Of a stretch of DNA of 64,000 nt, positions 37,584 through 51,720 are shown in pieces. The notes beneath the pieces are model-generated. The model saw nothing but the letters and a program-made list of their open reading frames with translations. It was not told the origin of the DNA and did no database searches. This DNA comes from Harriotta raleighana (taxonomy: Eukaryota): assembly GCA_050575255.1 (NCBI GenBank), contig JBNZDD010013681.1:3629147-3693146 (forward strand), written 5' to 3'. The position numbers and the translations under genes are program-made. Every line of letters begins with the position of its first letter. The first letter of the stretch is position 1.

Positions 37584-37884
37584 GAAGCCTGTAGCTCAGT
37601 GGTTAGAGCACTTGCCTTACAAATGAGAGACCTGAGTTTGATACCAGAAGGGTGAAACATTGGGCAAGTTTCCTTACTCCACATGCCTAATAATAATCCC
37701 TCAACAAAAAAAAATTAGCAATTTCAATCCATTTCTGTTTGTGGGACACAGCTATGCACAATTGGCTGCTGTATTTCGCCCACAATATACATAGTCAATT
37801 CATTTTACAGTATATTTTGTGAAGTGCTTTGAGACGTCTAGAAGATGTGAAAACTGCTATATCAAATGGAAGGATTATTATTAT
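37584..37884 (+). mobile_element. Full-length Deu-SINE
   Basis: cctgtagctcagtggttagagcacttgccttacaa head, core, tail. Confidence 0.9.
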
Positions 37885-40074
37885 AAGCACCACTGACATC
37901 ATGTGCTGTGAATGTGCAGAAACTGCTGCTGGTATTCATCCTGCATCCTACTCATGAGCACTGTTATGCAAGTGTGGGTCTGCAGGGCCTTTGTGCATTG
38001 TCACAAGAGTGAGAATGAGTGCTTACATAGTGACAGTAAGTGAGGGCGGTGACCTGAGCATGTGCATGTCACTATAGTTAGATGCCAGTCAGTCCTTGTC
38101 AGAAGTGTATCACACTTTGGTTAGCACAGTGAACCCGTGTTAATTGACTATAGTGCTCTATAGTGAGCATCATATATTAATTCTTAGAGTCGGTAGGATT
38201 GAGACTCTATTCATACTGAAACATATTGTTATTTAATATTGTATTTGGGGGAGTGATTAGAAAAGTACAAAAAGCTGGGAAATTAATTTGGAACAGCAAG
38301 AGGGAATCTCAGTGATACCATTAAAGAAGATATTTTTGATGATCCTGATGCATTGCTATGAATTAGAAAAGAGTATTCAGGTAGTCAGCTACAGTAATTG
38401 CTTCTTCCAACTATTGCAATGAATCAGGGTAGTTTTACTCCATTATCTGTTGAGAAAGTTACATAAATACTTTATTTTAGGATGAACTTTACATTTGATA
38501 TAGTATCAATAATGTAGAGATATGTCTCAAAGTCAGAACACTGGAGCTAGGCATTCTCTCCACTTGGCTCATGTTAACCCTGCAAGCCAAATCCTGCAGG
38601 CCCCCGCTAACTGGACAAGCTATGCATCTTAAGATGGTTAAACTGCTGCAGTTGCCCAATGCAAAAATAAAAACAGTCCACATGAACACTCAGTAGGTCA
38701 GGCAGCATCTAAGAAGAGAAGAAAGTGAGTTGCAGACCCTGAGTTCCCCAAACTCTTTATCGTAATAACAAAATTTAAAAAGCAAGGTGCATCTCTCCAG
38801 GGGGAGAGTGCACAATCCATTCCGGACACAGAAATTTCCATGTGTATGTTACATACATATGTAGAACTCTGTCTGGTTTGGATACTGTTAGGCATTGTGA
38901 TGGGTTTTTGCATATGACAGACACTTAGCAAAGAAAGCAAAGTATTTCATCCAGATCATACAAACAGCGATTAAATAAATGACCAGTTTAGCCGTTGTTA
39001 AGCTTATTTGGGTAATTTAAATTTTAACATCAGGATGCCTGCATATATCTTCTCAGTAATGTGTTCTGATGAAGTGTTTAATATTAGATTAGGGCTGGGT
39101 GGTGAGGAAACTGAATACCTTGACAATTGAGTACTCATAGGATTGTTTGCATCAATGGCACGTTGATGGGGATGAGAAATTCAGAAGTAAATCTCTCAAT
39201 TTTTTTGACATATTTGTCTGTTCATCCCATATCAAATGGAAAGATTATTATCATACAATTAATCAGATATATTGTGCATTAGTTTATCTCTCCAAAGTAG
39301 ATTTATTTTAAAAAAGGGCAGTTTGTGTTTTTTATTATTTCCCTTTCCCTGAGGGAATGTCCCTGTTAACTGTATCACATGAGACAGAGTGGCCAGGGCC
39401 AGGGCAGGGCAAATACTGCCTTGTACTGTATATTCTTTGTAAATCGTTGTACTTCCCGTACTCCTTAAGAATTGAGTTTGAAGGAGTCCGATAGCCCTTT
39501 CGCCTGACCTTAATTGCAACACTGTACTGTACACCATTATTTGTGGAGAAATGAGGAGGGATGAGGACAGGTTACCACCAATGTTTTGAGCATCACAGGT
39601 TTAAGGAGGGAAAAGGGTGATTTATTTACTTGCTACCTGGGTATTTCTTTACTCAAGAGGGTAATCGTTGACTAGGGAGGGTATTCTGGAAGGATGAGAT
39701 CAGATGGGCTTCATCTGAACCAATCTTGATTTGCTACCTCCAAAAAACACACAGACTGTTCACCGGAAGTTAATTGGGGGAGTTTATTCAGGGGTGTTAA
39801 AGTTTTAGAAATCCAGGAAAGACCCCAGGTGGAAAGATTATGGGAGAAAACATAGATACCATTGAACAACCATTAGTTACATGTTTCCATGTTGCTACTA
39901 ACGGCTGCTTGTTTGCTTTGCAAACTAGAGTAATTGTAAGGACCAGCATCCCTTGGATTGTAAAATAAATACATCATAAAATGCTTCATTGAAGTGATTG
40001 GGACTGTGATTGACACTTATTTGAAAGAATATTGCTATTTACTGGGTTTTCATTAGTATAGTTTTTTCTATACT

Positions 40075-40340
40075 CGAAACCTTAGGCAAGTTTCCTTGCT
40101 CCACGCCTCTGCAGTAATTAGGAACCTGGCAGTATTTAGGAACCTATGTTTGTTGATTGGCAGATCGCTGTCCAGGGGGTGATAATCCCTTCAAAATAAA
40201 TAAATAATGTGATCACTCAATCCACAACTGTTTGTAGGACACTGCTGTGTGCAACTTTCATCCTCAAAATATACAGTCAATTCATTTTACAGTATATTCT
40301 GGGAAGCACTCCCAAGACGTGATAAGGTGCTTCATCAAAT
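40075..40340 (+). mobile_element. Deu-SINE variant (5'-truncated, longer middle segment)
   Basis: cgaaaccttaggcaagtttccttgctccac...gtttgtaggacactgctgtgtgcaa...atcaaatgaaagaataattattat. Confidence 0.8.
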
Positions 40341-40462
40341 GAAAGAATAATTATTATTATAGTAGTCAGGGTTGAATAATGTATGTTGAAATATTAGAAA
40401 GAAGTGCTGGAATCTTTATTCAGTTCTTTTTAAGAGGCAAAGAGAAATACTACTAATTATAA

Positions 40463-40572
40463 ATAATAAGAATTCTTGCATTTGATGTATGTTTTTCAGG
40501 TTGCTAGGATGTCTCAAAGTGCTTCACAGTATTTTACAGTAAAGTATAGCAATTATGCATTTTGTAGGTGAA
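40463..40572 (-). mobile_element. SINE 3' fragment (minus), tail-to-tail with 40075-40340
   Basis: ttcttgcatttgat...gatgtctcaaagtgcttcacag. Confidence 0.75.
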
Positions 40573-42382
40573 ATTCTTACATATATGTTTTTATGGTGCT
40601 TCACTTCTTAAGAAAGTTAATGCAAATATTATATAGAGTAGTGTATTGGATATTGTGCGCTATGTGTGCCATTAACTTTTTCTAGTTGGGAGTAAGAAAG
40701 TGGAAGGAAGGAAGAGACCATTACTACTTATCTTTCCAAATTCTGTCACTCATTAAATCATGCACCCAGCAGTTTGCCTCCCATTTATAAGCCTAACTAA
40801 TTTCCTCTTAAAACTATCAATGCTATGAACCCATTGCCACACTCAGTAAAGGGAAATTTATTAAAATTAAACCATTCTTCATAAAATGGATGCAATGTGT
40901 GTTGTAAAATGGCAAGTCTTCCTGTCTTCTGATTCTCACAAGACCCGACTGGGAGTTGGACCTCCCTTTACTACTCCAGAGAGGTGGTTTGATCCCGTTA
41001 TGGAGTTGGATAGGGTGCAGGTACCTAAACATTTGCCATGTGTATAGATATCGATCTCATTATAGTTAATCGCAATAATAGGAGGATTTTCATGCATGCA
41101 TGATCTGCCATTAGAAACATTTTGTATTCCCACCCTGCTAAATCACAGTAGTAGAATCACGGAAAAACTTGGGGGCTAAGGCACCTGATTTTGGAGACAT
41201 TTTTCATCTTCCTCTACTGCCATTTGGTGTTAGAATTCACTAGAGATTAATGGAGCTTTGTGCAGGTGCCTTGATATGATTCCAGTACAGTACAGCAATT
41301 TCCTCCAGTGGTCTCTGGAAATCAAGGATTTATGTAAAAACGTGGAAGAAGTTTGGTTGGCACCATATTTTAATTCTCAAGATCTGTAAAGAAAAGGTGT
41401 CATCCCTCCACCCAAAACTAATCTGTTAACATTGGTCATTGTTAAAACAACATGCATTTTCTCAATCTAGCTACCCGATGTACTCGGCTCCGTGTTCTAT
41501 CTACTTATTCCCTTTGCTTGAAAAATGGTTGGCTTGTTTTTATCAACGAAGATGGTCTAATTTGTTTCTGTGCCCACATCCAAGTTGTTCATATAATTTA
41601 GGCACAGTGGACGTCATAGGAACATAGGACACTTCCTCCAGTATTCAGCTCCAAAAAACTTTATTTCCTCTAAATCAACAAACGTTGGATTGATTTTAGC
41701 ACTTCCTCCATTTCTTACCCTCTTTGCTCCTTTCTGTATTCCCGTCTTTCAACCTTCTAGAGCAAAATGTGACATAACTAGATTGGGGTTGAAAATATGG
41801 TGGTTTACAACAGGATTTCACTTCATTTGTTACGCGGAATAGTGGATGGTGCAGTTAATACAGACACAATCCTGTTGAAAATACTTCCCTTTTGAACCCA
41901 ATGTATTATTTACTGCATTAGAACAGAGTGAAGCATCTATGACAATTCTCTGGGTTTATGCATCGATGGCAGTGACCTGGCATATTTTGGCTCTCCATAT
42001 CCACATTATGCATTATATAGAGCAGCAACACAACATTTCCATGCTTCAAAGTTTCTCACAATATCAGTTTGCTTTTGGGTGCAACATCTTATTTTGTCTC
42101 ATTCATTTAGTGTCATAACAAGCAGGCAGGACTTGGTCAATGACATAGCAGCTCTCCTGAATACTGCACGAATATTAACCTGGACTGTGAACTCAAATTC
42201 TTGTTAGCACCAATATTTAACTACAGAGATCACTGAGCCATTGACTATTGTGCACTTCAATGGTAAAAACCTCATATTTCCCAGTACTGTGCTATAATAC
42301 CATAATATCCCCTCAGACTGCCCCTCAATGTCCATTCTCCCACTGGCAGTCATGTCACTTATTGCTCTTTTTAACTCTGGGA

Positions 42383-42500
42383 TTATAATATAATAATAAT
42401 ACTTGAATTTAACATAGTGCTTTTCATGTCTTCTAAACGTCTCAAAGCGCGTCACAGAATATACTGTAAAGTAAATTGACTGTATATTTGTGGGTTGGGC
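42383..42500 (-). mobile_element. SINE 3' fragment (minus)
   Basis: aataataataatacttgaattt..atagtgcttttcatgtcttcta..cgtctcaaagcgc.tcacagaatatactgtaaagt. Confidence 0.85.
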
Positions 42501-43672
42501 CATTCTAACTCTTACTTGTGTTTATGGCTAATCTGCATTAGGTGGATCCTGGGTATATATTATGGAGAATAGGGAAAGTTCTTAATCTGGTTTAAACCCG
42601 AATCAGACCAGAGCTAAATTGCTTGAACCAGTTTAAGTAGTCAGTGCTGGTGTTTATACTTAACAGCACTCCACACTGTATTCCCAACCCCTCTATTCCC
42701 ATTTTCCTTTATATATGCACTATGTTTTCTCTTAAATACATTGATGCTATTTGTCCTGTAGTATGTGCCACATTTTCACCACCTACTGCATGAGGTTCCT
42801 CTTTGATCTACAATTGGCTATCTTACATTGATGCCCGTAGTTTTAGACTCGCCAACAAATAGAAACAGTTTATGAACATCCACTATTAAGATTATTCCAC
42901 ATTCTTAAAACACCAGAGTTTGTCGATTTCCTCTTGAATATTAAGTTTTTAAGGGGTGTTTAAGAGGCAAGGGAGGCAGCAAAGCAAAGCGCTCTGGGAT
43001 GCTACCGTGCATGAAAGACACTACATAATTGTACGTTGTTGTTGTTGTTATAGTAGTAGTTTGAAGTTAAGCTCCCAGTTTGTACAGAAGTAAATTTTAT
43101 TCTGGGAAATCTCACATCATTAACAACATTCTCAAGATTCATCTTTGTAGAAGAGCTTTTCTCAGTTCCTGTGACTATCAAGGATTTGATATATCACAGA
43201 ACTAACCTATGCAGTCCTTGGTTTCAGTTCTGACTTTGGAAAGGTCATTAGTTTCTGAAATAAAACCAGAAATGCTGGGAATTGTGCCGAAGTACTGAAT
43301 ACAGGAGGGAAAACATTTACAGGAAACCATCATATTTTGCAAGAATTCATAGAAGAATAAATGTGTAACTGATCGATGCACGCAAACAGTTGTAATCCCA
43401 AAGAAGAGTGTTACAGTACAGTTCAGGAATGATTGAATACATAATCAATTTTCTATGCTTATAAGTTTACTCTTGAATTTGTTTTGGTCAGCTGGGTGTC
43501 TGGCACCTGCGGAAACCCATCACCATGCTTAAGACTATCCAAACCAAACTGAGATTTCCATGCTCCAGGCATACGGTAATTGGAAATTGGTATTGGAAAT
43601 TTTAGAGAGATTTATTGGAATGGAATGCATGCTTCTCCCTGGAGGGACATATCCTTCTTACCTAATTCTGCA

Positions 43673-43958
43673 GAGTCCTGCAGTTTAGTGATTTACAAAT
43701 GAGAGACCTGGGTTCATTTCCAGGCAGGTTGAAAGCTTGGGCAACTTTCCTTACTCCTTACTGCCTAATAGTAATCCCTCAAAAAAATTGGGTCATTTCA
43801 ATCCATGACTGTTTGTAGGGACACTGCTGTGCGCATTTGGCTGCCGCATTTTGGCCACAAATATCCAGTCAATTCACTTGATAGTATATTCTTTGAAATG
43901 TCTAGAAGATGTGAAAAGCGCTATATCAAATGCAAGGATTATTATTTTATTATTATTA
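43673..43958 (+). mobile_element. Near full-length Deu-SINE
   Basis: ttacaaatgagagacctgggttc...ttgggcaactttccttactcc...aagcgctatatcaaatgcaaggattatt. Confidence 0.88.
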
Positions 43959-46229
43959 GATGCAGCAAGAACCAAAGCATGGGGAGTGTGTTATGGGGAA
44001 CTGCTGGAGTCTTAACCAGCTAAAGCTTACCATTGAAAGCACTGTCTGGCAAGCCTTCTCATTGCATGTCCAGCTAGGACCACCCTACCCATGAAGGCAT
44101 TGGCTGGCAGAGTTAATGGAAGCTGAGTGAGAAGAGGAACTGCCCCTAGTGACTGGCCTGCCCTGTAAAATTATATTAATGGTGATTACTGGTTTTAAGA
44201 TTTTTAATTAGTATACTTTTCAAATATAATCAAACACTTATCATCTGTTGAGTGCAGCATTCCTTAGTTATTAGGGCATAGACAAGGCTGTGGGTTTTTA
44301 ATAACTAACTGAATGCTTCTGTGAGGGAACATGTGCCTATTAGTAATAGCAACAGTAAAGATATATTGGCTTGACCCCAGCTGAGGTCAGGTTCTGATAA
44401 CTTTCCCTCGTTTGGGTCCTATATCATCCTCCCAGCAAGGAATTGAGTAATCATGTCCTTGAGCTCAGACGTGAAAGCAAGGAGCTGAGAGAGAGAGAAG
44501 CGTAGCCCTGGACATCTGATTAGCTCAAAACTCACAAACAGGAATCCTCCCAATTAGCTGTCCATAACTCTTTCTACATATCAATTATTTTCTCATGCAA
44601 AAAGAGACTGATCAAAGATTGCTAGCTGCCTGTGAAGAGCAGGGCTATCTCTGCAGTAAGGACAGATACAGTTAGAAATACATAAAAGAAAGATGTAACT
44701 TTGGAATATTCAGAATTATCGTAGGACAGACAGTTGTGAGGCAGCTGGTGGTCAGCGACTTCCCCAATGGAATTGCGTAATATAGATTATGATGAATCTT
44801 ACTGCTTTAATGGAACTTAACGATATAAGAATTGTATGTGTTAAAGCATTAAGCTTTGAATTGTGTTGTTAAAAGATTTGTAATCTACACCACCTGTATT
44901 GGGTAAAGCCTCTTTCTGGCGAAGCTTACGGTCCTTCCAAGGAGCCAGGCTGGCTGGGGTGTCATTAACACTGCCCTAGAATAACTGCGGACCCACCAGG
45001 CTCAGGAACTGAACTGCATATATTGCCACAGAAGGTCAATTCTGACATTCCGTCGTGAAACGTATTACTTTGGAGTCAGTTCAACTCCAAAGAAATCCCG
45101 CTTACCTACCCCCCACCCCCTCGAGGAGTATAGTCATTAGCTGGTCATTTAACATTGGGTTTGAGCCCTCACTAGGTGATTGTCAGGTATTAGGAACTCC
45201 CTGTGAGCTTCCTGAGGCACCTACAGTTCAGAATGAGATGAGTGAGAGCATGGCCACCAACACACATATCACTTCCATTGAATTATGGTGTCACCAGTTA
45301 GAGTGTGGAGCTTGATCAGCAGCTGCTGCCTCTCTGCAAACCAGTCAAAGTAGATTCCAAGTGTTGGTTGTACAAATGTGTGTTCATGAACTCAAGACTC
45401 CAGGTAACACCTACCAGCAGCCATCACCCAATCCTCAGAGTTTCCTCATCAGCTCTATGATGGACTTCAGTATGGAGGGAGGACCTTTACAGAACAGCTT
45501 GTGATGTGCCAGCCATTTTGGTATCCAATGCCATGTACTGGACTTTCTCAGGACCAGCCACTCAACCCAAGTGTGAAAGGCTTTGGCAAATAGAGATTCC
45601 CGCTGTGAAGCCGACTCCATCTCTTGGGTGCTCAGCGACAGGTCAGTATAGGCTGGAGCACTCCCTCTCTGCAGCAGCTTCCCAAGTTACCTCACTGCTT
45701 GATCCTTGGAATTTTTTCAATGGGCCTGAGGAAACCTCTCTGCTGCATCCCCAGGATCTTGGGTTCGTAAAGAAAAACTGTTTGCATTCTTGAGTTTATT
45801 GAGTATCTAATGACCGACGAATGTATTCTTGGATCAACGGAAGGCATGACTTCTTCAACGTGTTCAATGTGTCCATCAACTGATTAAGCTTTGTGGCTTG
45901 GGCTGTTTTCCCAACATGAGGGGGCTACACAAATGTAATTTTGTATTGTAATTGAAGAAATAAAAATTGTTGGAGTAAATAATAGCGGAAGCCTTCCTTG
46001 GAATTTGAAATGCATTTGCCAACATAGCATTGTCAGAGTATGCAGAAATCAACCAGAATATTACAAATATGCCAGAGGATCAGGAAACCAAAACATTCCC
46101 TTAAGGGATTGAGAACAACAGCAACAACAACAATGACAACAAAAGCAATAACTTGCATTTATACAAGCATTGAACAATACTGTGGATTGATGGTGAGCAG
46201 GAGAATGAGGATGAATGAGGATGTAATCC

Positions 46230-46373
46230 TAGTACTGCTGTGTGCAATTGGCTGCAGCATTTCGCTCACAAATATAAAGTCAAGTCACTTTACAGTATAT
46301 TCTCTGAAGCACTTTGAGACATCAATAAGATCTGAAAAGTGCTATATCAAATGCAAGGAATAATATTATTATT
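46230..46373 (+). mobile_element. SINE 3' fragment
   Basis: actgctgtgtgcaattggctgc...gctatatcaaatgcaagg. Confidence 0.8.
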
Positions 46374-46988
46374 GTCAAAGAAGAAAGTGTTGAGTTGCAA
46401 TCTTAAAATGGGTGAAACAGGTACAATGTTAATAATCAGGAACAAGGACATCTTATCTACTTGAACTTATGTTGAAGCAAAGTTGACAAATGATACTACT
46501 AAAAAATTATATCAGGTTCAACCCAATCCTTCAGCCACCTGTCCAAAACCTGCTGATATTAATCTGAACTCCAACTCTGCCCTTATCCTCTGCAGTATTG
46601 TCATTAGGCTGTGAAGCATGGAGGTTCCATGTAGTAAAACAAAATCACTCATCACTCAATCAGCAAGTAATAGACTCCATTGTCCCAGAACTGAGTTGAA
46701 GGGATTGAAGTAATGAAAATCATGCTGATTCATGACAGTGTGCGGTAGAAATAAAGAAAGCATAATGATAAGATTTTAACATTAAGTCACAGTTAACTCG
46801 CCTTCATTATTGGCATTACTCTGAGATACTATTGAAAAGGAAATTATTACGAAGATTCAATGCACTCACATGTACTTATCGGTATTGTATATCAATTTCC
46901 CTATTTGTACATACTGTAGCAGCAGGGATTCTGACCTATACTAATGAGGAGCAACAATTCATCGCAAAAACTCTGAGGAAACCAAATA

Positions 46989-47340
46989 CAGTGAAAGCTT
47001 GTTTATCTGGCACCCTCGGGACCTGACAGATACCGTTTAATCAAATATGCCGGATATTCGAACGACAAGTTGCCAAAAAATTAATTTATTTTAATACATA
47101 GCATATTAATAGTAGACTAAACAACAGAATACTGTATGGATACTTACCAATAAAGCATTCCAGCACACTCAGTAAAATGATCGGTAAAATAAAAATTCCA
47201 GCATTCATTAAGTTTAATAAGTGCGCAAAGTGAGCATACTCGCAAGTGTACCGGATGGCTCCGGTATGAGATCCGTTTGCTGGAATGGTGAATTGTATTG
47301 GGAGATCCGGTTGGTTGAATATTCCGGTTGGTTGGTTGCT
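46989..47340. mobile_element. Tigger-like MITE, family B (right TIR truncated)
   Basis: TA|cagtgaaagcttgtttatctggcaccctc; co-linear with 6671-7073. Confidence 0.82.
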
Positions 47341-47460
47341 TTTTTATGCTTTTGCTATACAACTTAATCTCCATCTTGTAGTTTTGAGCTTCTTCCATTT
47401 CTTCTTTGTCTGGAAACTTAGTGTGTCCAATTATTTTTCTTATCTTCTCACACTGGTATA

Positions 47461-47670
47461 CAGGTAGAATTCGCTTAATGTTGCTTCGGTCAGTGTTGTT
47501 TCGTTATTATGTTGTTGATACAAAGGGGAACATATATCCATTTAACGTTGCGACATTCGCTATTACATCATTCGCGCAGGTGGAAACAAACTACTTTGGG
47601 TAGCATAGGCATACATAGACCCTGAAAGCCCTTGCGCAGCTCGCTTGATGTTGTTTCGTGTAAAGTTGTA
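47461..47670. mobile_element. Possible further Tigger-like element end
   Basis: TA|caggtagaattcgcttaatgttg with recurring ttcg..a.gttg subterminal motifs; no matching right TIR found. Confidence 0.35.
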
Positions 47671-48021
47671 CTTTTGCAAACAGAACTATAATGTTAAGCA
47701 AGGACTGAGCATATATCTCTCTGCTCTTGGTCTCGCCTGTAGCTGGGATGTGGGTTTGCAAGAGCCAGTTGCTCTCCAATACCCTGTCCAAATGAACATT
47801 GTTCATCTTTGAGCCTTGGTGATGAGTGCCAATCCACTTTATAGTATATCGTGTAGCACTTTGAGATGTCTCAATGATGTGCCATACCAAATTCAAGGAT
47901 GATTATTATTCCTATTATTCCTATTATTTAATTGTCTGTAGTTTTACATTTGGCTTCTTTCTGCAAAACATAGATCTTTCTCACAATGACTGAATTATAA
48001 CCCTCCTTTCTTGTGTTGCAG

Positions 48022-48210
48022 GAAGTGGAGACACATAATCGAGACCTGGTGGAGCAGCTGTCAGACCTGGAGCAGCGGCTGGAGAAGAGTCAGAATGAGC
48101 AGGGCGTCTTCCGCAATAACTTAAAAACACTTCTGGAAATTTTAGACGGGAAAATCTTTGAACTAACAGAATTGCGAGACAACTTAGCAAAGTTAATAGA
48201 AGGCAGCTAA
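48022..48210 (+). CDS. HOMER1: Homer1 last coding exon 9 (leucine zipper, stop TAA), 189 bp
   Basis: ttgcag|GAA GTG...GGC AGC TAA; EVETHNRDLVEQLSDLEQRLEKSQNEQGVFRNNLKTLLEILDGKIFELTELRDNLAKLIEGS*. Confidence 0.98.
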   Translation, partial: EVETHNRDLVEQLSDLEQRLEKSQNEQGVFRNNLKTLLEILDGKIFELTELRDNLAKLIEGS

Positions 48211-51200
48211 AACGTGAACCTTTGCATCAGCACCTTCACCCAGATACAGTACATATAGAGGCCAGATTGAAATCTTCCTTTCTTTTTACCGGAAGGTGTT
48301 GGAACACCTTAGGCTCCCTGTAGCATTCCATATCGCCATAAGATATGTTCTTCGCTCTTTAGTGTTTTCCGTTCATTACTTAAGGAGAAGCAATTGCACA
48401 AAGCCTAATTGTAAATTAATATTTCCCCGTATTGTTTCTTCCACTTTAATCAAGGATTTTGTATATTTTGTTTTTAAATTGTTCCAAGAGGATATTTCAA
48501 ATGGTACTTTAAGCAACTTGGAGAGATTTATCATAATTGAAGAGTCTTTTAATTGCAAACAATGGATTTTACTGGGTCAGAGAGACAGTATCTCTCTCTA
48601 TGCAGTTATATAGAGGCTATTAAAAGTAACATTTACACACTGTTTGCATTTTAACCAATATTCATTTTTTGCTGTCAGATTGTGAGAGTGAGAAATGATG
48701 CACTGATTGATACATTCATTTATAGGCTCCAAAGAAATTCTTTATAAGAATGATTTTTCAGTTTATAAAGAAGGCAAAATGGTTCTTTAAAAAAAAGGCT
48801 ATATAAAGGCTAGTAAGAGTTTATTTGGGTGTAGTGTACAGTTTGATTCTGAAGTATGCTCTGTGCAGGTTGAAAAAAGGGATTAAGTCTCTTTTTCATT
48901 AAAGAAAAATATAAGTTAATATATACTGTTATATTGTTACTTACCAAATGTGCATATAGTGGTTTTCCAAAGCAGTGCTCATAAACACTCACCTATATAT
49001 GTATTCTAAATTTATGAAAATCCCCCAATATCTATATTGGGCAGTTTTTAAGATGTGTACCATGCAGCAATAATCAAAAAATGTATAATTTATTGAAATG
49101 TGTTTTAATGAGAGTTTGATTTTTATTGTGCATTTAAGAGATTTTTATGAGCGTAAGCAAGCCTAGCTGGTGGTCAATGGGTTGGACTCGCCATGTAATA
49201 GAATTGTGTATTTTGGTCACGGACTTATGGAGCTCTTGTGTATCGAGAATAAGTCGCATTTTTAAAAGTGAACTCTGTTTCAGGATGGGTGATATGAAGG
49301 TCTCTGAATGTTTACTCGTTGGAGATTTCAGACAATGTTTTTTTAAAAAAAACATGGAGCTGGGATATAAAAAGAGGAGATTGCACAGTGAGAAACCTAT
49401 TTACTGTCCTAGGTTTACATAATGTAGAAAGTGGTTTACAGACCGGCCACCTGTAAATCCCAAATGATGTAATGATCTTCGATTGCTACACATTTAAAAT
49501 ATTTATCAAGCTCTCTAAGAATATGTACCCGACTTTTTACTTTGACCTGTTAAACTACTGGAAGTGTTGGTTGATGTTGCAATAACCAGCAGACTGGTTG
49601 GGACTATTTTGGCCTGGTGTGCTTTGGAGATACCTGTTGTATGGGCAGTCTGTACCGGCCATTGCATCTTACATATACACAACGAGAAGAAGCATGAAGA
49701 AGGCCTCAAGTTGACGATTCTCTGTTGCTTTAGGTACAAAGACTATTTGGCGTCATGTGAAGCCAAATTGCTGAGAAGAAGAAAAAGTTTTACCTACACA
49801 AAAGGAATTTGCTGCTAGAATAATAGTCTGTCTAAGACCTGATTAAGCCTGCTTACAAAACTACATCTCATGATTCAATTAAAAAAGGAATATTTAATTT
49901 AAGCAAGTTTCAAGGACAACTGTACAGACATCCTCTGTAAGGAAAAGAATAATTTTTGAGAACTAACTTTTTTCTCAGACCCAGTATTAGTTCGATCCAG
50001 AGCAAAGCTGAATACAGTATTTGGTACTAAATGTTCATTTATGACTACACGTGTATTAACCTCAAACAAAACTGAACACGGCAATCTACTCCTCTTCAGC
50101 AAGACTAAAGAATAGACAAGATGAACACCAACATCTTGTTTCTTTTAATGCAACAAGCCCTACAAAGTTTCATGAACTGCTTGGGATAATACATTCATTA
50201 CAAAAAATGCCTCATCCATTTACAAGCAATGTCATTCTTTAGTTTCCAAACTACATAATAGGTTCCTTGGTACCCAGATCAGCTAACAGAATTGGAAAAA
50301 AATGCTTTATACACAATCTGTTACATGTAGATTGGGACAACTGGGTGATAATCTACCCCTGATAAATCACCTTTGGATATCTGTGTCATAGCTCATTCAT
50401 TCAATATTGGGGTCAGATTTATAATACTGTATATGGGCTGTTTTTTTCACAGTTTATTATTGTTACACTGGGCTCGGGAAGTGTAATAGAGCCTTGACCC
50501 AAAACTGAAGCTGTGTTATAATTTGGTTCTGGATTGACCAAATTGGCTGGATAGCAAGATGACTGTGCTTTGATATGGGAAATGAAGACTGAAGGTCCAT
50601 GTTCTGTTCTTTGTGAATACATTATATTGCTTGATAAATTAACACAAGAGAAATTCAGTCTGTTTTCAAGACAACGTAATGCCACTGAGAATTCTGTGAC
50701 TTTTGGGATGTAAATGACAATGATTGTTTTCAATTTAGATGCAAATAAAATAACCAACCTTTTTATGTACTGTATTAATTCAGAACAGAAATGTATTTTA
50801 CTCAATTCTGTCTGAAGTTGATGATATGCTGAAAGCATTGCTACCTTGTCTGTTGTGAATTAATAAGCTACATATTTCTTCTTTTTTCTAAATAATATCA
50901 CCAACCAAAATGGTGAGAGTATTACACAGATTAAACTGTGCTTTTGTAGATCCACACCATTCAGTGCATCCAGTCATTTATTGGAGAATCTGTTGGTATT
51001 TTTATTTTTGTTGGACAGGAGGGGAGAGCCCTAGTATTTTCATTGTTGATATTATCTTCAAAGCTTCTGAACTGCAGCCTACATTGTCTCCATCATATGA
51101 CCAAATGTGGCTAGTATTACATGTTACTGTAAGTACTGAATTATTTATTGGGCGTAGTCTGTTCTCTACACATTGGCTCTAAACAAAAATAAGCGAACCA

Positions 51201-51720
51201 AAATGCAAAGCACATGGCTATTGTTTCATAGTTTTCTCAGCTTCCGAACTGCTATTTCAACATAGAACTGATGTGTGCTTGCACTCACTGTAGGTGATAA
51301 TGCATGCTGCAGGATAATGGTTTAAATGGTCTCAGAAAGCAGGGCTCTGCTTAGCAACTGGATGCATATCTAATAGTGTCTATAATTCAGAATTGTTCTG
51401 TTCTGGGCAAGCGCAGTATGTTGGGTCAGAGCTCCAGGCTTTTCTGTTACTTTGGCACTGTACTGTATCTTAAGAAGGTGGGCTGTTCAATAACTGTGCC
51501 AAACTGACAACCCAGTGTCCTTTTTACAGAAACTGTCAGTGATTCTTTTTTTAAATATGTGAATGTCTTTCCAAAATATGAAGTCATTGATTTATTGCAA
51601 TACTGTAATATTCTTATGGTGTGTCTTAAGGTGGATTTTATCATTTTAGAATCCATGTAAACCCTTGTGCCAAAAGAACCTGTTTATACTGTATTAAAAA
51701 AAACTGTAACATTGACACTT
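48211..51720 (+). other. HOMER1: Probable long HOMER1 3' UTR (end uncertain)
   Basis: AU/U-rich and free of the SINE/LINE insertions seen elsewhere until ~52606. Candidate poly(A) signals are AATAAA at 50744-50749 and ATTAAA at 51693-51698. Confidence 0.6.

Noticed and set aside
48296-51656. Short ORFs after the HOMER1 stop (e.g. 48296-48613, 50419-50838)
   Set aside because: No recognisable domains, often non-ATG starts, AT-rich UTR composition
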